Positions 53,501 to 63,530 of a stretch of 64,000 nucleotides of DNA are shown piece after piece. Location: positions 3,633 through 67,632 of IMG/VR virus record IMGVR_UViG_2788500332_000005, one strand, 5' to 3'. The stretch is from a virus. Taxonomy: Duplodnaviria; Caudoviricetes. A model generated the notes under the pieces. It saw only the letters and a program-made list of their open reading frames with translations. It made no database searches and was not told where the DNA came from. A program made the translations under genes and the position numbers. Position 1 is the first letter of the stretch, and each line of letters opens with the position of its first letter.

Positions 53501-54735
53501 ACACCGGTGCCGGTGGCGCGGGGAGCCTCAATGGCCTTAGCGGCGTCTCTACGCTCAGCGGCTCCGGCCGAGCCACTGCCGGCAGCCTCTACGCCTATGC
53601 CCGCCAGCTCGGCTTCAGCGACGTGCAGGCGGCCGCTCTCATCGGAAACATGCGCCAGGAGAGCGGACTCAACTCGACAGCTCTCAACAAGGGTGAAGGT
53701 GCCTATGGCCTGATTCAATGGCGCCTCGACCGGCGCAACGCGCTGAATGCTTATGCCGGCGACGACGTTTCCGACCCCTACGCTCAGATGCGCTTCATGC
53801 GATCGGAGATGTTCGGCCCAGAGTCCCGCGCCGGCTCGAAGTTCCTCGCTGCGACCGATCTCGCCGGCGCCAACGACGCGCTTAAGGGCTATATCCGATA
53901 CGGCGACGACAGCCAGGGCCTGCGTCTCGATTATGCGCAGCAGGCGCTCGACCAATTCGGCCAGAAGGTTTCGACGGCCTCGCAGTCGGTGGAGCAGTTC
54001 GGCACGAAGACCGATCAGGCCGGCCAGCAGGCCGGACAAACGGCAAGCGGCGGCGGCTATGCGTCGAGCCTGACCCTGACGCCGGCTCAGGCGTCCATGA
54101 TGCCGGCGGGCGTTTCGCCGTATGGCACGGGTTGGGCGAATACCGACCCGAATGCCTTCGGTCTCGGCGATCTGTTCTCCGGCCTGACGAGCGGCCTCGG
54201 CAACATATTCGGGCAGTTCGGCAGCATCTTCTCGACCATCTTCTCCGGCCTGTTCAAGGGGATCGGCGGCGGCAGCGGCGGCGGCATCTTCTCCAGCCTG
54301 CTCGGCTGGCTGTTCAATGCCGACGGCAATGTCTTCCAGAGCCCGTCCCTGCACCGCTACGTCAACCAGGTTGTCGACCGGCCGACGTTCTTCGCCTTTG
54401 CCAACGGCGGCGCGATCATGGGCGAAGCCGGCGAGGAAGCGGTCATGCCGCTCAAGCGGATGTCGAACGGCAAGCTCGGCGTCTCGGCGTCGGCGAGCGC
54501 CGCTCCCACCTTTGCGCCGGCCAACGCCTCCTATGAGGGCGGCAGGTCCCAGACGATCTATTCGCCGAGCGTCACCAACGTGGTCCAGTCGACCGGCAAC
54601 AGGCAGGCGGACGATGCGCTCGCCAAGCGCATGAACCAGGAGACCAAGACCGTCCTGGATAACCATCTGCTCGAGTTCGTCCACCGTGAGAACCGCTCCG
54701 GCGGCCTCTTCGATCAGCGGCAGAAGTTCACCTGA
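50500..54735 (+). CDS. tape measure protein with a tail-lysozyme domain
   Basis: QLSQALASGRLQGDELRSIMEQMP; AAALIGNMRQESGL...YGLIQW...R; FANGG...MGEAGEEAVMPL. Confidence 0.92.
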   Translation: MTDIAPLGFSIDTGPLKQAQQEAQKTAVEFAKMADSAGKAAETAGRKADSLRKAANEAKKAAEGSTVAAQQEAIALEKAAQKAEAAAKSKRTEAEAIKKSADAAKDHAAAVEKMSGRASSASDSVSKLAAQANRASSAFASGISSATGFASSMAGSGGSGLAGAFSTATTSLARFLPALGSIGVAAGAAATGIGIVGAATYSATKFLASYQDRLDAVDARIRNTMQVSGTMARKIRDDLTAMSQNTGLGFGASSDAFLRMARNRGSIGATTSDLLTLTEATQKLGVVSGAGAGEVGSGMLQLSQALASGRLQGDELRSIMEQMPALAKAIADGLGVGVGQLRTMGSEGQLTSDKVFKAILSQVGKIRDEFAAMPDTVERANQRLSDSWDRLFANMGKAWNASPMVQGATNATNYVVAGAANSLDSSPEAEQRRRLTKVQGDLRDLEAQLEKARRQAAIGPDGWNDGVSLTQSQLDANVQVTANRLQSAQLQAEPALHLTEMRDIASYNAATKESASVQGAAVERGTTLATNLLQLASAQKEVATNSATLNEAIKTLQSGLTSLSPEESAKKLAVLQSALLVVRGAAERATDAFTRYRMETERMSIRTNVFGTDAGLYEEAAKLRQDAQDQGQQVSADAAVAAVVARRLEEARRKAEQEASAIGDIQKQVEAARRGREALAVEQARQAKEAELGATAAATPEGQASIADAMEAARRRYQKERELRNAQSEWEPEARAIGDVRREIEKLQRATSDLNAVRGKNPWQQQQIQFESELAESLKTIDPTQQAAYAAARRAQFAAQRQNQIESPFTDNANTVEELQRQIETQTAAFGRSKADAASLNEQLRLYNQLTRQGIEITPELAARIKEAGDSYGTTEAKLQDLTEQQQQAISSMDGFRSATRSALGSLFEGDYKSAGLSIVNFFKDKVLDNLNQSLFGKSGELGGGTFGDFFAGLFGGSQALGSSEANALWVKIANDVLVPGSNGTPSANATLPGISNLTGNTGAGGAGSLNGLSGVSTLSGSGRATAGSLYAYARQLGFSDVQAAALIGNMRQESGLNSTALNKGEGAYGLIQWRLDRRNALNAYAGDDVSDPYAQMRFMRSEMFGPESRAGSKFLAATDLAGANDALKGYIRYGDDSQGLRLDYAQQALDQFGQKVSTASQSVEQFGTKTDQAGQQAGQTASGGGYASSLTLTPAQASMMPAGVSPYGTGWANTDPNAFGLGDLFSGLTSGLGNIFGQFGSIFSTIFSGLFKGIGGGSGGGIFSSLLGWLFNADGNVFQSPSLHRYVNQVVDRPTFFAFANGGAIMGEAGEEAVMPLKRMSNGKLGVSASASAAPTFAPANASYEGGRSQTIYSPSVTNVVQSTGNRQADDALAKRMNQETKTVLDNHLLEFVHRENRSGGLFDQRQKFT

Positions 54736-55100
54736 TGTCGCTGCTGACCTTCACCCCACCGGAGGCATCGGGCGACTACTTCAACGAGGGCGCCCAGGAG
54801 AGCCATAAGCCGCGCACGCTGACGGCAGCGTTTGGCGATGGATACGTGCAGGAGGCCGGCGACGGCCTCAACGCCGATCTCGCCGAACTGTCCCCGACCT
54901 GGCGCAATCTCTCCTGGGAAGACGCGACATCGATCCTCAACTTCTTCGCTCAGCACAAGGCCTACATCCCGTTCCTGTTCACGCTGCCCGGCGAGGACAC
55001 GGAGCGGAAATGGAAGTGCACCGAGTGGGGGCGCACATGGAACAGCGCCGGCCTCGTTGACGTGTCGGCCACCTGGAAAGAAGTGGCCTATCCAGCATGA
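54735..55100 (+). CDS. minor tail protein M (distal tail)
   Basis: FGDGYVQ...GLN...FLFTLP. Confidence 0.85.
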   Translation: MSLLTFTPPEASGDYFNEGAQESHKPRTLTAAFGDGYVQEAGDGLNADLAELSPTWRNLSWEDATSILNFFAQHKAYIPFLFTLPGEDTERKWKCTEWGRTWNSAGLVDVSATWKEVAYPA

Positions 55101-55807
55101 CTTCGATCGCTGAGGTCAGCCAGCGCCTTGCCGTTGGCGATCTCGTGCAGCTGTTCATTCTCGATTTGACCCCCATTGGGGTCGATGGGATCTACCGCTT
55201 CACCAACTCGATCACCGGAGCCGGTGAGAAGGTCTCGTTCGGCGGCGAAAAATACACGGCGGTCGATTTCGAGACCGAGGGCTGGGAGTACAACGGCAAG
55301 GGCGCCTTCCCGCGGCCGCGCATGCGGGTTTCCAACGTCGGCGGCTTCCTGTCCGGGCTTCTCTACCAATACGGCGATCTGGTCGGCGCGGAGGTCACTC
55401 GCATCCGCACGTTCGCCGAATTCCTCGACGGCATGCCGAACGCGGATTCCTCGATCATCTACCCGCCGGATATCTATCGCGTGTTCCAGAAAATCCGGCA
55501 GAACAAGAAGCTGGTCGAAATCGAACTCTCTGCCGCCGTCGACGAGGAAGAAGCAAAGATCCCGGCGCGCAAGATTTTTCGCGACACCTGCATGCACGAC
55601 TACCGGCGTTATGTCGAGGGCGCCTGGGACTATACGACCGCCACCTGCCCCTACACCGGCTCGGCCTGCTTCACACGCGACGGGGTGTCCACCGACGACC
55701 CTTCCGCCGATGTGTGCGGCCGCCAGCTTTCGGACTGCCAGCTCCGGTTCGGCTCCGATCCCCTGCCCACCCGCGCTTTTCCCGGCGTTTCACGCTCCCG
55801 CTACTGA
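55097..55807 (+). CDS. minor tail protein L
   Basis: Four conserved Cys (C...CPY...C......C..RF). Confidence 0.9.
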   Translation: MTSIAEVSQRLAVGDLVQLFILDLTPIGVDGIYRFTNSITGAGEKVSFGGEKYTAVDFETEGWEYNGKGAFPRPRMRVSNVGGFLSGLLYQYGDLVGAEVTRIRTFAEFLDGMPNADSSIIYPPDIYRVFQKIRQNKKLVEIELSAAVDEEEAKIPARKIFRDTCMHDYRRYVEGAWDYTTATCPYTGSACFTRDGVSTDDPSADVCGRQLSDCQLRFGSDPLPTRAFPGVSRSRY

Positions 55808-55808
55808 A

Positions 55809-56555
55809 ATGTTCTCCCTATCCGTTCATGACGCCTTCCGGGCGCATGCGATCGCATGCTTCCCGGCGGAGGCGTGTGGCCTTGTGGTCAGGCGCGCCGA
55901 CGGCGACGTGTTCGTGCCGTGCGTCAACATCAGCACATCTCCCATCTGGGAATTCGAGATCGCATTGGAGGACTACCTCGCCGCGGAAGCATCCGGCGAG
56001 GTGGTGGCGCTGCTGCATAGCCACGTGCCGACCGACGCCTTTCCCGCCACCGGCATGCCGCACCCCTCGAAGACGGACATGCAGCTGCAGGTCGATCTCG
56101 GCATAGCCTGCGGGCTCTCGCTGGCGAGTGCCGACAGCTGCTCCACGCCGATCTATTGGGGCGACCAGACGCCGATGCGCGACCTCATCGGCCGGCCCTA
56201 CGTCTATGGAATCTGGGACTGCTACAGCCTGGTGCGCGACTACTACCGCAGCCGCGCCGTTCGGCCGGTGACCCTGCCGGTCTATCCCCGCGACGACGAC
56301 TGGTGGGACAACGGCGAAGATCTCTACACGAAGTTCTTCGCGGAGGCCGGGTTCCGGCAGATTCCCGCCGATCAGGTGCGAGCCGGCGATGCGGTGGTCA
56401 TGCGCGTGCGGACGCGCGTCCCCAACCATGCCGGCGTGGTGCTCGAGAACGGCCTTCTCCTCCATCACCTCTACCGCGAACTCTCCAAGCGCGAACCGAT
56501 CGGCCGCTGGAGCCAGCTCGCCACCTATTGGCTGCGCCACGAGGTGGACCTGTGA
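55809..56555 (+). CDS. tail protein K (JAB + NlpC/P60)
   Basis: PAEACG, HSH...PS..D, DCYSLVRDYY, NHAGV. Confidence 0.9.
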   Translation: MFSLSVHDAFRAHAIACFPAEACGLVVRRADGDVFVPCVNISTSPIWEFEIALEDYLAAEASGEVVALLHSHVPTDAFPATGMPHPSKTDMQLQVDLGIACGLSLASADSCSTPIYWGDQTPMRDLIGRPYVYGIWDCYSLVRDYYRSRAVRPVTLPVYPRDDDWWDNGEDLYTKFFAEAGFRQIPADQVRAGDAVVMRVRTRVPNHAGVVLENGLLLHHLYRELSKREPIGRWSQLATYWLRHEVDL

Positions 56556-57127
56556 TCCGGACAATTCACCTTCACGGCGAGGCCGGCCGGCGGTTCGGCC
56601 GGGTATGGACCCTGGATGTCGAGACGCTGGCCGAGGCCGTGCGGGCGATCGGCGTCCAGGCGAAGGGCTTCCGCGAGTACATCGAGGCGCGCGACTGGCG
56701 CTGCGTCCGCGGGGACCGCAAGACCGGCTACGCGCTCGGCGACAACCAGCTCACCATCCAGCTTGGATCAGCGACCGACCTGCACATCACGCCGGTTGTT
56801 CGCGGCCGTGGTGCCAAGGGGCAAGGCATCGGCAAGATCATCGCCGGCGTGCTTCTCGCCGGTTTCGCCTTCTTCTTCGCGCCGGCCGGCTTCACGGCCT
56901 TTGGCATGACGGCCAAGCAGATCGGCATGATCGGCGTCGGGCTCGCCCTCTCCGGCGTCTCCTCGCTCATCAGCGCGCAGAAGAAAACCGACGACAAGCA
57001 GTCGCACCTCTTCTCGTCGATCACCGATGTCGCCGTGCAGGGCTCGCCTGTGCCGATCCTCGTTGGCCGGTTCCGGTGCAAAGGCATGCCGGTCATATCC
57101 AACTTCATCCAGACCACGGATCAGTGA
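56552..57127 (+). CDS. tail assembly protein I
   Basis: GTG start; IHLHG...FGR...QGSPVP. Confidence 0.85.
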   Translation: MIRTIHLHGEAGRRFGRVWTLDVETLAEAVRAIGVQAKGFREYIEARDWRCVRGDRKTGYALGDNQLTIQLGSATDLHITPVVRGRGAKGQGIGKIIAGVLLAGFAFFFAPAGFTAFGMTAKQIGMIGVGLALSGVSSLISAQKKTDDKQSHLFSSITDVAVQGSPVPILVGRFRCKGMPVISNFIQTTDQ

Positions 57128-57128
57128 A

Positions 57129-60100
57129 ATGAACGCGCCTGTGCGCCTGCGTGGCGCCGGTGGAGGTGGCAAGGCCAGCGGTTCGAACGACAAGAACTCG
57201 CTGCTCGCCAACTCGACAGCGCGCGTCCTGTTTGCCTTGGCCGAAGGGCCGATCAAGGGCGTCGTCGGCGGCTTGCAGGGCGTCTACATCGACGACACCC
57301 GCGTCGAGAACGCCTCCGGCGAAAAGGCCTTCGACGGCGTCACGCACTACGAGCGACTCGGATATCCGACGCAAGATCCGATCGGCGCGTTCGATGGAGT
57401 CTCGACGGTGATCGCCGTCGGCGCGGAGGTCAAGCACGCCTATCCGGTCACGCGCAACCTCACCAACGACGAGTTCACCTCGTGCGTCGTCACGATCCGC
57501 ATTCCGGCGCTCGTTAAATCGAAGGACGACGGGCTCAAGAAGACCTCCGTCAGCTTCAGGATCGAGGTGATGTACGACGGCGGGGCGTGGGTCAACCCGT
57601 TCGGCGCCGATCTGACGATCTCCGGCAAGTGCACCTCGGCCTACGACAAGCAGTATTCCTTTCAGCTGCCCCAGAACCCCTCCGGCGAAAGTGCACCATG
57701 GTCCGTCCGGGTCACCCGCCTGACGTCCGACAGCAACGATGACGACCTCCAGAACTCGACCTATTTCGCCTCCCTGACCGGCATCATCGACGTCAAGATG
57801 ATCTACCCGGACACGGCGCTGTTCGGCCTGGCATTCGACGCCGAGGATTTCGAGCAGAGCGGTGTCCCAACCGTCGAGGTGATCGCCGACGGCCTGCTGC
57901 TTCAGGTGCCGAGCAACTACGACCCCGAGACCCGCAGCTATTCCGGGGTTTGGGACGGCACTTTCAAGACGGCGTTTAGCGACAATCCGGCCTGGTTCTA
58001 CTGGACGGTTGCAACCAACAAGCGCTTCGGCGCTGGCAAGCTGGTGGATCTGTCGGCCGTCGACAAGTGGGCGCTCTACGCCATCGCCCAGATCTGCGAC
58101 GAGATGGTCGATGACGGCTACGGCGACACCGAGCCGCGCTTTGCCGTCAACGCCTATATCACGGAGGCCCAGAACCTCTACGACATGATGCAGCTCATCG
58201 CCTCGGCTTTCCGGGGGATGAGCTACTGGGGGTCCGGCGCCGTCACCGCCACCCAGGATGTTCTCTCCGATCCGGTTGCCCTCGTGACGAGGGCCAACGT
58301 GATCGACGGCGAGATTACCTACGCCTCATCCTCGCTCTCGGCGCGCCACACGGTCGTCCATGTCAAGTACAAGGACAAGAAGGATGATTATCGCGACACC
58401 GTCGAGGTGGTGCGCGACGAGGATGCCATCCTCCGCTATGGCGAGCGGGTTAAGGAGGTCGACGGATTTGGCTGCACGTCGCGGGCGGCCGCCCGGCGTC
58501 TCGGTCAATGGATCCTGCTGACCGAACTGTTCGAAACGCAGACCGCCACCTATCAGGCCGGCCTCGATCACGCCATGCGCCGCCCCGGCGAGATCGTGTC
58601 CATCATGGACCCCGAGATCTCGTCGGTCGATTACGGCGGCCGCCTGGGCGCCGGCAGCACGGCCTCCTCGCTCATCCTCGACCGGCCGGTCGTGCTGGAA
58701 GCGGGCAAGACCTACACGATCCACGTCACCATGCCGGACGGCACCCTCGCCTCGCGCGAGGTGGTCAATGCAGCGACCGCGGTGTCTACGCTGGCCCTCG
58801 CCACCGATCTCGACGGCGTGCCGCTCAATGCGGCCATCTGGGTGCTCGCCTCCTCGTCGATCGAGCCGAAGCCCTACCGGATCGTGGCAGTGGTGGAGAA
58901 GGAGCCGACCATCTTCGAGGTTACCGCCCTCGAAGTGTACATCCCGAAGTATGCTCTTATCGACGACGTCGGATCCTTCGATCTCCCGAACTATGCCTCC
59001 ACCGACTTCTCGCCGCCGACGAACATCTCGGTACGCGAATACCTCTATCTGACCTCCGCCAAGACCGTTCGAAGCGCGGCGACGGTCGGCTGGACGCCCT
59101 CGGCCGACACGCGCATCGACACCTACGAGGTTCAATATCGCGAGCAGGACGGAGATTGGCTCCCCGCCGGAACGACCAGGTTCTCCTATCTCGACGTGCT
59201 GGATTTGGACCAGGGCGCGTATCAGTTTCGCGTGCGCGGCTACTCCGCCACCACGACCCGGCGATCGGTCTGGCTGACGTCCACCGCGATATTGCTTCTC
59301 GGCGCGGACACCGTTCCCGGCGATGTGAGCGGCTTCGGCATTTCGGTCCTCGGCGATATCTCGACCCTTTCGTGGTCGGCAGTGACTTCGCTCAACCTCG
59401 ACCACTATGTCATCCGCTACTCGCCCAATACCGAGGGCGTGACGTGGGGATCGGCGGCCGTGCTGCTGTCGCACGTCACCTCGACGAGCGCGCAGGTGCC
59501 GACACAGGCCGGCACCTACCTGATTAAAGCGGCAACCGCCTCCGACATCGAGAGCGCCAACGCGGCGCTGATCGTGACCACGATCCCTGGCTCCTACCGC
59601 AATGTCGTCGACACCTTCGAGGAGGCTCCCGCTTGGCCCGGGGAGATGGAGGACGTCTACGCGGCCAATGGTGCCCTCCGGCTTGGGTCGGCCGACACGC
59701 TTGATGACTGGACCACCCTATCCGAGGTGTTCAGCCTCGCCTACGGCATCAACGGTCTCGCGCTCTCCGGCATCTACACCTCCGCGGAAACGCTCGATCT
59801 CGGGGACGTCTACACCTCGCGCCTGACGCCGGCGATCAAAGCTTTCGGCGAGAACGTCAACAACGTCATGTCGACCTGGGCGACGCTCGCCGAGGTCGAA
59901 ACGCTAGCCGGTACCGATCCTTCGAGCTGGTCGGTCGAAATGCAGATCCGCACCACGAACGATGATCCGGCCGACTCGCCAGGGTGGTCGGACTGGGTCA
60001 CCGCGACCGTCGGCGATGTATCCGCCCGCGCCTATCAAATGCGGCTCAGGCTCGGCAGCGCCTACCGCTACGTGACGCCGATAGTAACGGCGGCCACGCT

Positions 60101-60362
60101 GACGGTGGATATGCCGGATCGCATCATCAGCGGGAATGATCTTTCAGTTCCCATCGATGGTCTCCGCATCGATTTCTCGCCTGGCCTCAAGAAACTCACA
60201 GGTCTTTCGATCTCCGCGCAGGGTCTAGAGACCGGAGATTACTACACAATCACCGAAAAGGACGAAGCCGGTTTCGACATCCTGTTCAAGGATGCTGCAA
60301 ATACCGCCGTCGCCCGCACCTTCGACTACGTCGCGACCGGCTATGGCCGCGGCGCCACCTGA
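57129..60362 (+). CDS. tail tip / host specificity protein J
   Basis: EGPIKG, YPDTA, VPSNYDP...WDGTFK...SDNPAW, FN3 domains. Confidence 0.92.
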   Translation: MNAPVRLRGAGGGGKASGSNDKNSLLANSTARVLFALAEGPIKGVVGGLQGVYIDDTRVENASGEKAFDGVTHYERLGYPTQDPIGAFDGVSTVIAVGAEVKHAYPVTRNLTNDEFTSCVVTIRIPALVKSKDDGLKKTSVSFRIEVMYDGGAWVNPFGADLTISGKCTSAYDKQYSFQLPQNPSGESAPWSVRVTRLTSDSNDDDLQNSTYFASLTGIIDVKMIYPDTALFGLAFDAEDFEQSGVPTVEVIADGLLLQVPSNYDPETRSYSGVWDGTFKTAFSDNPAWFYWTVATNKRFGAGKLVDLSAVDKWALYAIAQICDEMVDDGYGDTEPRFAVNAYITEAQNLYDMMQLIASAFRGMSYWGSGAVTATQDVLSDPVALVTRANVIDGEITYASSSLSARHTVVHVKYKDKKDDYRDTVEVVRDEDAILRYGERVKEVDGFGCTSRAAARRLGQWILLTELFETQTATYQAGLDHAMRRPGEIVSIMDPEISSVDYGGRLGAGSTASSLILDRPVVLEAGKTYTIHVTMPDGTLASREVVNAATAVSTLALATDLDGVPLNAAIWVLASSSIEPKPYRIVAVVEKEPTIFEVTALEVYIPKYALIDDVGSFDLPNYASTDFSPPTNISVREYLYLTSAKTVRSAATVGWTPSADTRIDTYEVQYREQDGDWLPAGTTRFSYLDVLDLDQGAYQFRVRGYSATTTRRSVWLTSTAILLLGADTVPGDVSGFGISVLGDISTLSWSAVTSLNLDHYVIRYSPNTEGVTWGSAAVLLSHVTSTSAQVPTQAGTYLIKAATASDIESANAALIVTTIPGSYRNVVDTFEEAPAWPGEMEDVYAANGALRLGSADTLDDWTTLSEVFSLAYGINGLALSGIYTSAETLDLGDVYTSRLTPAIKAFGENVNNVMSTWATLAEVETLAGTDPSSWSVEMQIRTTNDDPADSPGWSDWVTATVGDVSARAYQMRLRLGSAYRYVTPIVTAATLTVDMPDRIISGNDLSVPIDGLRIDFSPGLKKLTGLSISAQGLETGDYYTITEKDEAGFDILFKDAANTAVARTFDYVATGYGRGAT

Positions 60363-60371
60363 GGACTGACC

Positions 60372-61700
60372 ATGAGCCAATTTGATTTCGGGGCAATCGA
60401 TCCGTCGAGCATGTCGGGAACGGAGCTGGCGGCCGCGCTCGGGTCGTTCCGCGATGCGTTGAACTCGCACCACTCCGGCGAATCCAGGCCTTCCTATGTC
60501 CAGGAAGGAATGATCTGGGTTTCGAAAGCCGCTACGCCCTACACCGCCTACTTCTTCGACGGGACCACCGATATCGCGCTGTTTACGATCGACCCGAGCA
60601 CCCACGCGAAGACGGTCCCGGACTATGCCCCCCTCGCATCGCCGGGTCTGTCCGGCACCCCGACCGCGCCGACGCAGAGCGCCAAGAACAGCAGCACTCG
60701 GCTGGCCACCACCGCCTTTGTGCAGGGGGAGAAAGGCTACAAGCGCGGTGTCACCGTACTCACCGCATCGACGACGCTGGGCAGCGCCCATCTGGGCAAC
60801 CTGGTGGTCTGCAACTCGGCGAGCGCCACCACCATGACGCTGCCGGCGGCATCGTCCTACACTCAGGGCATCCTTTCGCTGGTCAACATCAACACCGGCT
60901 TGGTCACGCTGTCGGGCAGCATCATCTACGACGGCGCAACCGTCACTTCGCTCACACTGCCGGCCGGCGCATCGATCGATCTGGTGTCCAACGGTACATC
61001 GTGGGTCGCCATCCAGCAGACGTTGCCGGTCAAAGAAGATGCCGAGTGGATTACGGGCACCAATACGGTGCCGGCGCCCATCAGCCCGGCGCAGCTGGAC
61101 GCGGCGGTCGCGGCGCTGGCTGGCGGTGGTGCCATTTCTTATCAAGAAATCCTGACCTCTGGCGTATGGACGAAGCCTGCTGATCTCAGCCCGGACGCCC
61201 TCATTATTTCCCTGCTGTGGGGTGGTGGCGGTGGTGGTTACAATAGCGGAGCGTCACGTGGCGGCGGCGGCGGCGGCTCATGTGCATGGGCTATCTGGAA
61301 AGCCTCTGCGTTGCCAGATGAGGTGTCCGTTACAATCGGGGCAGGTGGGGGACCGGCATCTGCAGGGGGGACGACATACTTTAACGACCTATATGCGGTT
61401 GGTGGTGCTGGCGGCACTTCTGCTACTTCCGTTGGCGGGGACAGCGGTTTTGGGGCTGCTTTTGCCGGGGGAGCAGGCGGATCAGGTGCCAGCTCTCCTA
61501 GCGCCGGAGGTAACTCAATATGGGGTGGTGCCGGGGGGGCTGGCCAATATAACTCTATAACCCGCGCTGGAGGAAATTCTATTATAGGCGGTGACGGCTC
61601 GGGTAATCTGAACAGCTTCACACCTGAAGTACCCGGAGGGGGAGGATCGAATAATGCCTCCGGTGCTGCCGGAATGGTTCGTCTGTTCATCATCGAGTAA
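60372..61700 (+). CDS. tail fibre protein with a Gly-rich C-terminal domain
   Basis: YAPLASPGLSGTPTAPT...LATTAFV; GGGGGG repeats; more AT-rich 3' part. Confidence 0.8.
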   Translation: MSQFDFGAIDPSSMSGTELAAALGSFRDALNSHHSGESRPSYVQEGMIWVSKAATPYTAYFFDGTTDIALFTIDPSTHAKTVPDYAPLASPGLSGTPTAPTQSAKNSSTRLATTAFVQGEKGYKRGVTVLTASTTLGSAHLGNLVVCNSASATTMTLPAASSYTQGILSLVNINTGLVTLSGSIIYDGATVTSLTLPAGASIDLVSNGTSWVAIQQTLPVKEDAEWITGTNTVPAPISPAQLDAAVAALAGGGAISYQEILTSGVWTKPADLSPDALIISLLWGGGGGGYNSGASRGGGGGGSCAWAIWKASALPDEVSVTIGAGGGPASAGGTTYFNDLYAVGGAGGTSATSVGGDSGFGAAFAGGAGGSGASSPSAGGNSIWGGAGGAGQYNSITRAGGNSIIGGDGSGNLNSFTPEVPGGGGSNNASGAAGMVRLFIIE

Positions 61701-61709
61701 GGATAGATC

Positions 61710-62261
61710 ATGCCTAAAACAGCATATATTATTGATGCCGCTGGCGTCGTCGCAAACGCTATCGTCCTCGCTGACGGCGCTGATCCGGCGGCTTTCGGCG
61801 CGGTGTTCGGCCCCGAGGGCGCTGGCATCGGCTGGGCATTCGACGGGACGGACTGGAAGCCGCCGGAGTCCTCCCTTGAGGATCTTCGCGCCGCCAAGAT
61901 CGCGGCCATCACGGCGGCGGCCGATGCGCTGCTCGCCGCCGGCGCTCCGGTCGACGGCGGCCTGCATGTCGCCCTCGACACCGACAGCCGAGCCGATCTC
62001 ACCGCCATGGCGTCGACGGCGATTGCCGCCGCCACCGGCTCTATCTCCTGGCCGGACTCGTATTCACAGGGATGGATTTCGGCCGAAAACGTCCGCATCC
62101 CGCTCGCCACGGCGGCGGCCGGCCTAACGCTCGCGGCCACCGTGGGCGACTGGTACGCGGCACTCGTCCAGCATCGGCGCGATCTCAAAGACGCTGCGCT
62201 CGCCGCCGAGGACGCGGCGGCGCTCGATGCGATCGACCTCGCCACCGGCTGGCCTGACTGA
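61710..62261 (+). CDS. tail fibre assembly protein (DUF4376-like)
   Basis: LRAAKIAAI...WISAEN...LDAIDLATGW. Confidence 0.7.
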   Translation: MPKTAYIIDAAGVVANAIVLADGADPAAFGAVFGPEGAGIGWAFDGTDWKPPESSLEDLRAAKIAAITAAADALLAAGAPVDGGLHVALDTDSRADLTAMASTAIAAATGSISWPDSYSQGWISAENVRIPLATAAAGLTLAATVGDWYAALVQHRRDLKDAALAAEDAAALDAIDLATGWPD

Positions 62262-62290
62262 AACCCTGCCTGACATTTCCGACCGTTCCG

Positions 62291-62313
62291 ACCCGCCTCG
62301 TGCGGGTTTTTTT
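62291..62313 (+). terminator. rho-independent terminator
   Basis: ACCCGC-CTCGT-GCGGGT followed by a T run. Confidence 0.75.
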
Positions 62314-62324
62314 GTGAGGATCTG

Positions 62325-62555
62325 ATGCCTATCCGTCTCGTTCCTAACGCCCGTCGAGTGTTCCGACACTCCTGGACGTCTCACATCCTGATCATCGGTG
62401 GCCTGCTCTCCGCTGCTGAGGCGGCGCTGCCGTACCTCTCAGGCTCCGACCTGATTTCGCCCACCATTTTCCCCTTCGTGGCCTTTGGCGTCGTCTTCGC
62501 CGCCTTCGTCGCCCGCTATGTCCTTCAGGAGACCTTGCATAATGGCGACGATTAA
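62325..62555 (+). CDS. putative holin
   Basis: 76 aa, two hydrophobic segments, directly before the endolysin. Confidence 0.65.
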   Translation: MPIRLVPNARRVFRHSWTSHILIIGGLLSAAEAALPYLSGSDLISPTIFPFVAFGVVFAAFVARYVLQETLHNGDD

Positions 62556-63132
62556 GCTCACCGCCTCGAAGCGGGCGAAGACGGCCATTGCCGCCGTAAT
62601 CGTCGCGGCCGGCGCCGGCGGCACCATCGCTCTATTCCCCGGCACGCCGCCGGTGCCGGACGACGTCGCTCTTGCCGTGCAGGTCCTCGTCAAGCCATGG
62701 GAGGGGCGCTCGCTGCGCGCCTACTATGACACCGTCGCCAAGCCGGCAGTCTGGACGATCTGCGACGGCGACACGACCAACGTGCGGCCGGGCATGGTGG
62801 AGACGCCGGCCGGCTGCGACAAGCGCCTCGCCACAAAGATCGTGCGCGACTATCGCGGCAAGCTTGTGGCCTGCATCGCCAACTGGAACAGGGCGCCGCT
62901 GAGCTGGCGCGCCATGATGAACTCGCTCGCCTGGAACATCGGCACCGGCGCCGCCTGCGGCTCGACGGCGGCGCGGCTTGGTCGGGCCGGCCGCTGGCTG
63001 GAGAGCTGCGTGGCCGCCACCGCCTTCAACCGGGCCGGCGGCCGCATGGTGGTCGGTCTCGCCAACCGGCGCGGCATGGGCGACGCCTCGCGCATCGGCG
63101 AGGGTGAACTCTGCGTCTCGGGGGTGCTGTGA
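62542..63132 (+). CDS. SAR endolysin (lysozyme, R21-like)
   Basis: Ala/Gly-rich N-terminal helix; EG...Y.D...WTICDGDT. Confidence 0.88.
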   Translation: MATIKLTASKRAKTAIAAVIVAAGAGGTIALFPGTPPVPDDVALAVQVLVKPWEGRSLRAYYDTVAKPAVWTICDGDTTNVRPGMVETPAGCDKRLATKIVRDYRGKLVACIANWNRAPLSWRAMMNSLAWNIGTGAACGSTAARLGRAGRWLESCVAATAFNRAGGRMVVGLANRRGMGDASRIGEGELCVSGVL

Positions 63133-63530
63133 TGTTCGGCCTGCTCGACAAGATCGGCACCACGGCCGCCGCCATCGCCGGCCTCGTCGTCGGCGCCGCC
63201 GTCACCTTCGCGGTACTCAGCCTCTACGACACCTGGATCGACGATCCGGCGGTAGCCAAGGCGGCGCGCGAAGGCTTCGTGGCGGCGTCGGAAAAGACGG
63301 CGCTGCAAGGCCAGGTGGACGAAATGAAGCGCCAGTTCAAGATTGCCGAGGCGGCGGCCGCCAGTGATAGGGCGCGTGCGGAAGCGGCGAATAAGGAAGC
63401 GGACGATGCGTGGGCAAAATACGAGGCGGCCGTCGCCGCCGACACTGGCGACGATGGTTGTCGCGTCTCTGCTGACGATCTTGAGTGGCTGCGGAAATCT
63501 CGAGGCGCGCCTGACGGCGGCGGCAACTGA
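63129..63530 (+). CDS. i-spanin (Rz-like)
   Basis: N-terminal TM helix, coiled coil, C-terminal Cys. Confidence 0.75.
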   Translation: MMFGLLDKIGTTAAAIAGLVVGAAVTFAVLSLYDTWIDDPAVAKAAREGFVAASEKTALQGQVDEMKRQFKIAEAAAASDRARAEAANKEADDAWAKYEAAVAADTGDDGCRVSADDLEWLRKSRGAPDGGGN

